Source: Octopus bimaculoides
Lineage: Eukaryota
Direction: 5' to 3'
Assembly: GCF_001194135.2 (NCBI RefSeq)
Contig: NC_068983.1
Span: 138,549,285 to 138,613,284, forward strand
DNA: 64,000 nt
The position numbers were made by a program, and so were the translations under genes. The notes beneath the pieces were generated by a model, which saw only the letters and a list, made by a program, of their open reading frames with translations, was not told the DNA's origin and made no database searches. Below are positions 63,891 through 64,000 of the stretch, in pieces (position 1 is the first letter of the stretch; every line of letters begins with the position of its first letter).

Positions 63891-64000
63891 GTAGCGGCCA
63901 GGTTGACTCTATAACAAGAACAAAAAAGAAAAAAAAAACTGGCGCGACCAACATTAAATCTCGGTTACCTAACCTCTAAAATACCACCCTTACTATATAT

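Noticed and set aside
1-64000. CRISPR arrays, operons, intact tRNA or rRNA genes
   Set aside because: No repeat-spacer array or prokaryotic gene organisation; tRNA-like boxes all belong to SINE heads, and the only 5S copy is degenerate.

Overview
AT-rich eukaryotic scaffold segment with 11 N-gaps, nearly all flanked by microsatellites. The dense microsatellites and the tRNA-type SINE families point to an octopod cephalopod (Octopus-like); this is inference from recalled repeat consensus sequences, not a search. No intact, nameable protein-coding gene can be supported, and most listed ORFs are microsatellite or gap artefacts. The window is dominated by decayed mobile elements: Tc1/mariner (4 pieces), a hAT N-terminus, CR1/L2-like LINE pieces, Penelope-like elements, a Gypsy pol remnant, five R4/Dong-type pieces next to (TAA)n, a MITE and many SINEs. 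The most notable observations are these. (1) A 1.64-kb L1/Tx1-like element encoding only ORF1 (zinc knuckle, no RT) splits a SINE, has a 6-bp TSD, and shares its 3' tail with a dimeric SINE elsewhere in the window. (2) A degenerate 5S rRNA copy is fused to a SINE 3' tail (SINE3-like chimera). (3) There are three long fold-back structures. (4) Several candidate exons were found by eye, including a phase-compatible + strand micro-exon chain and a - strand exon broken only by a UAG. All exon calls are low confidence.
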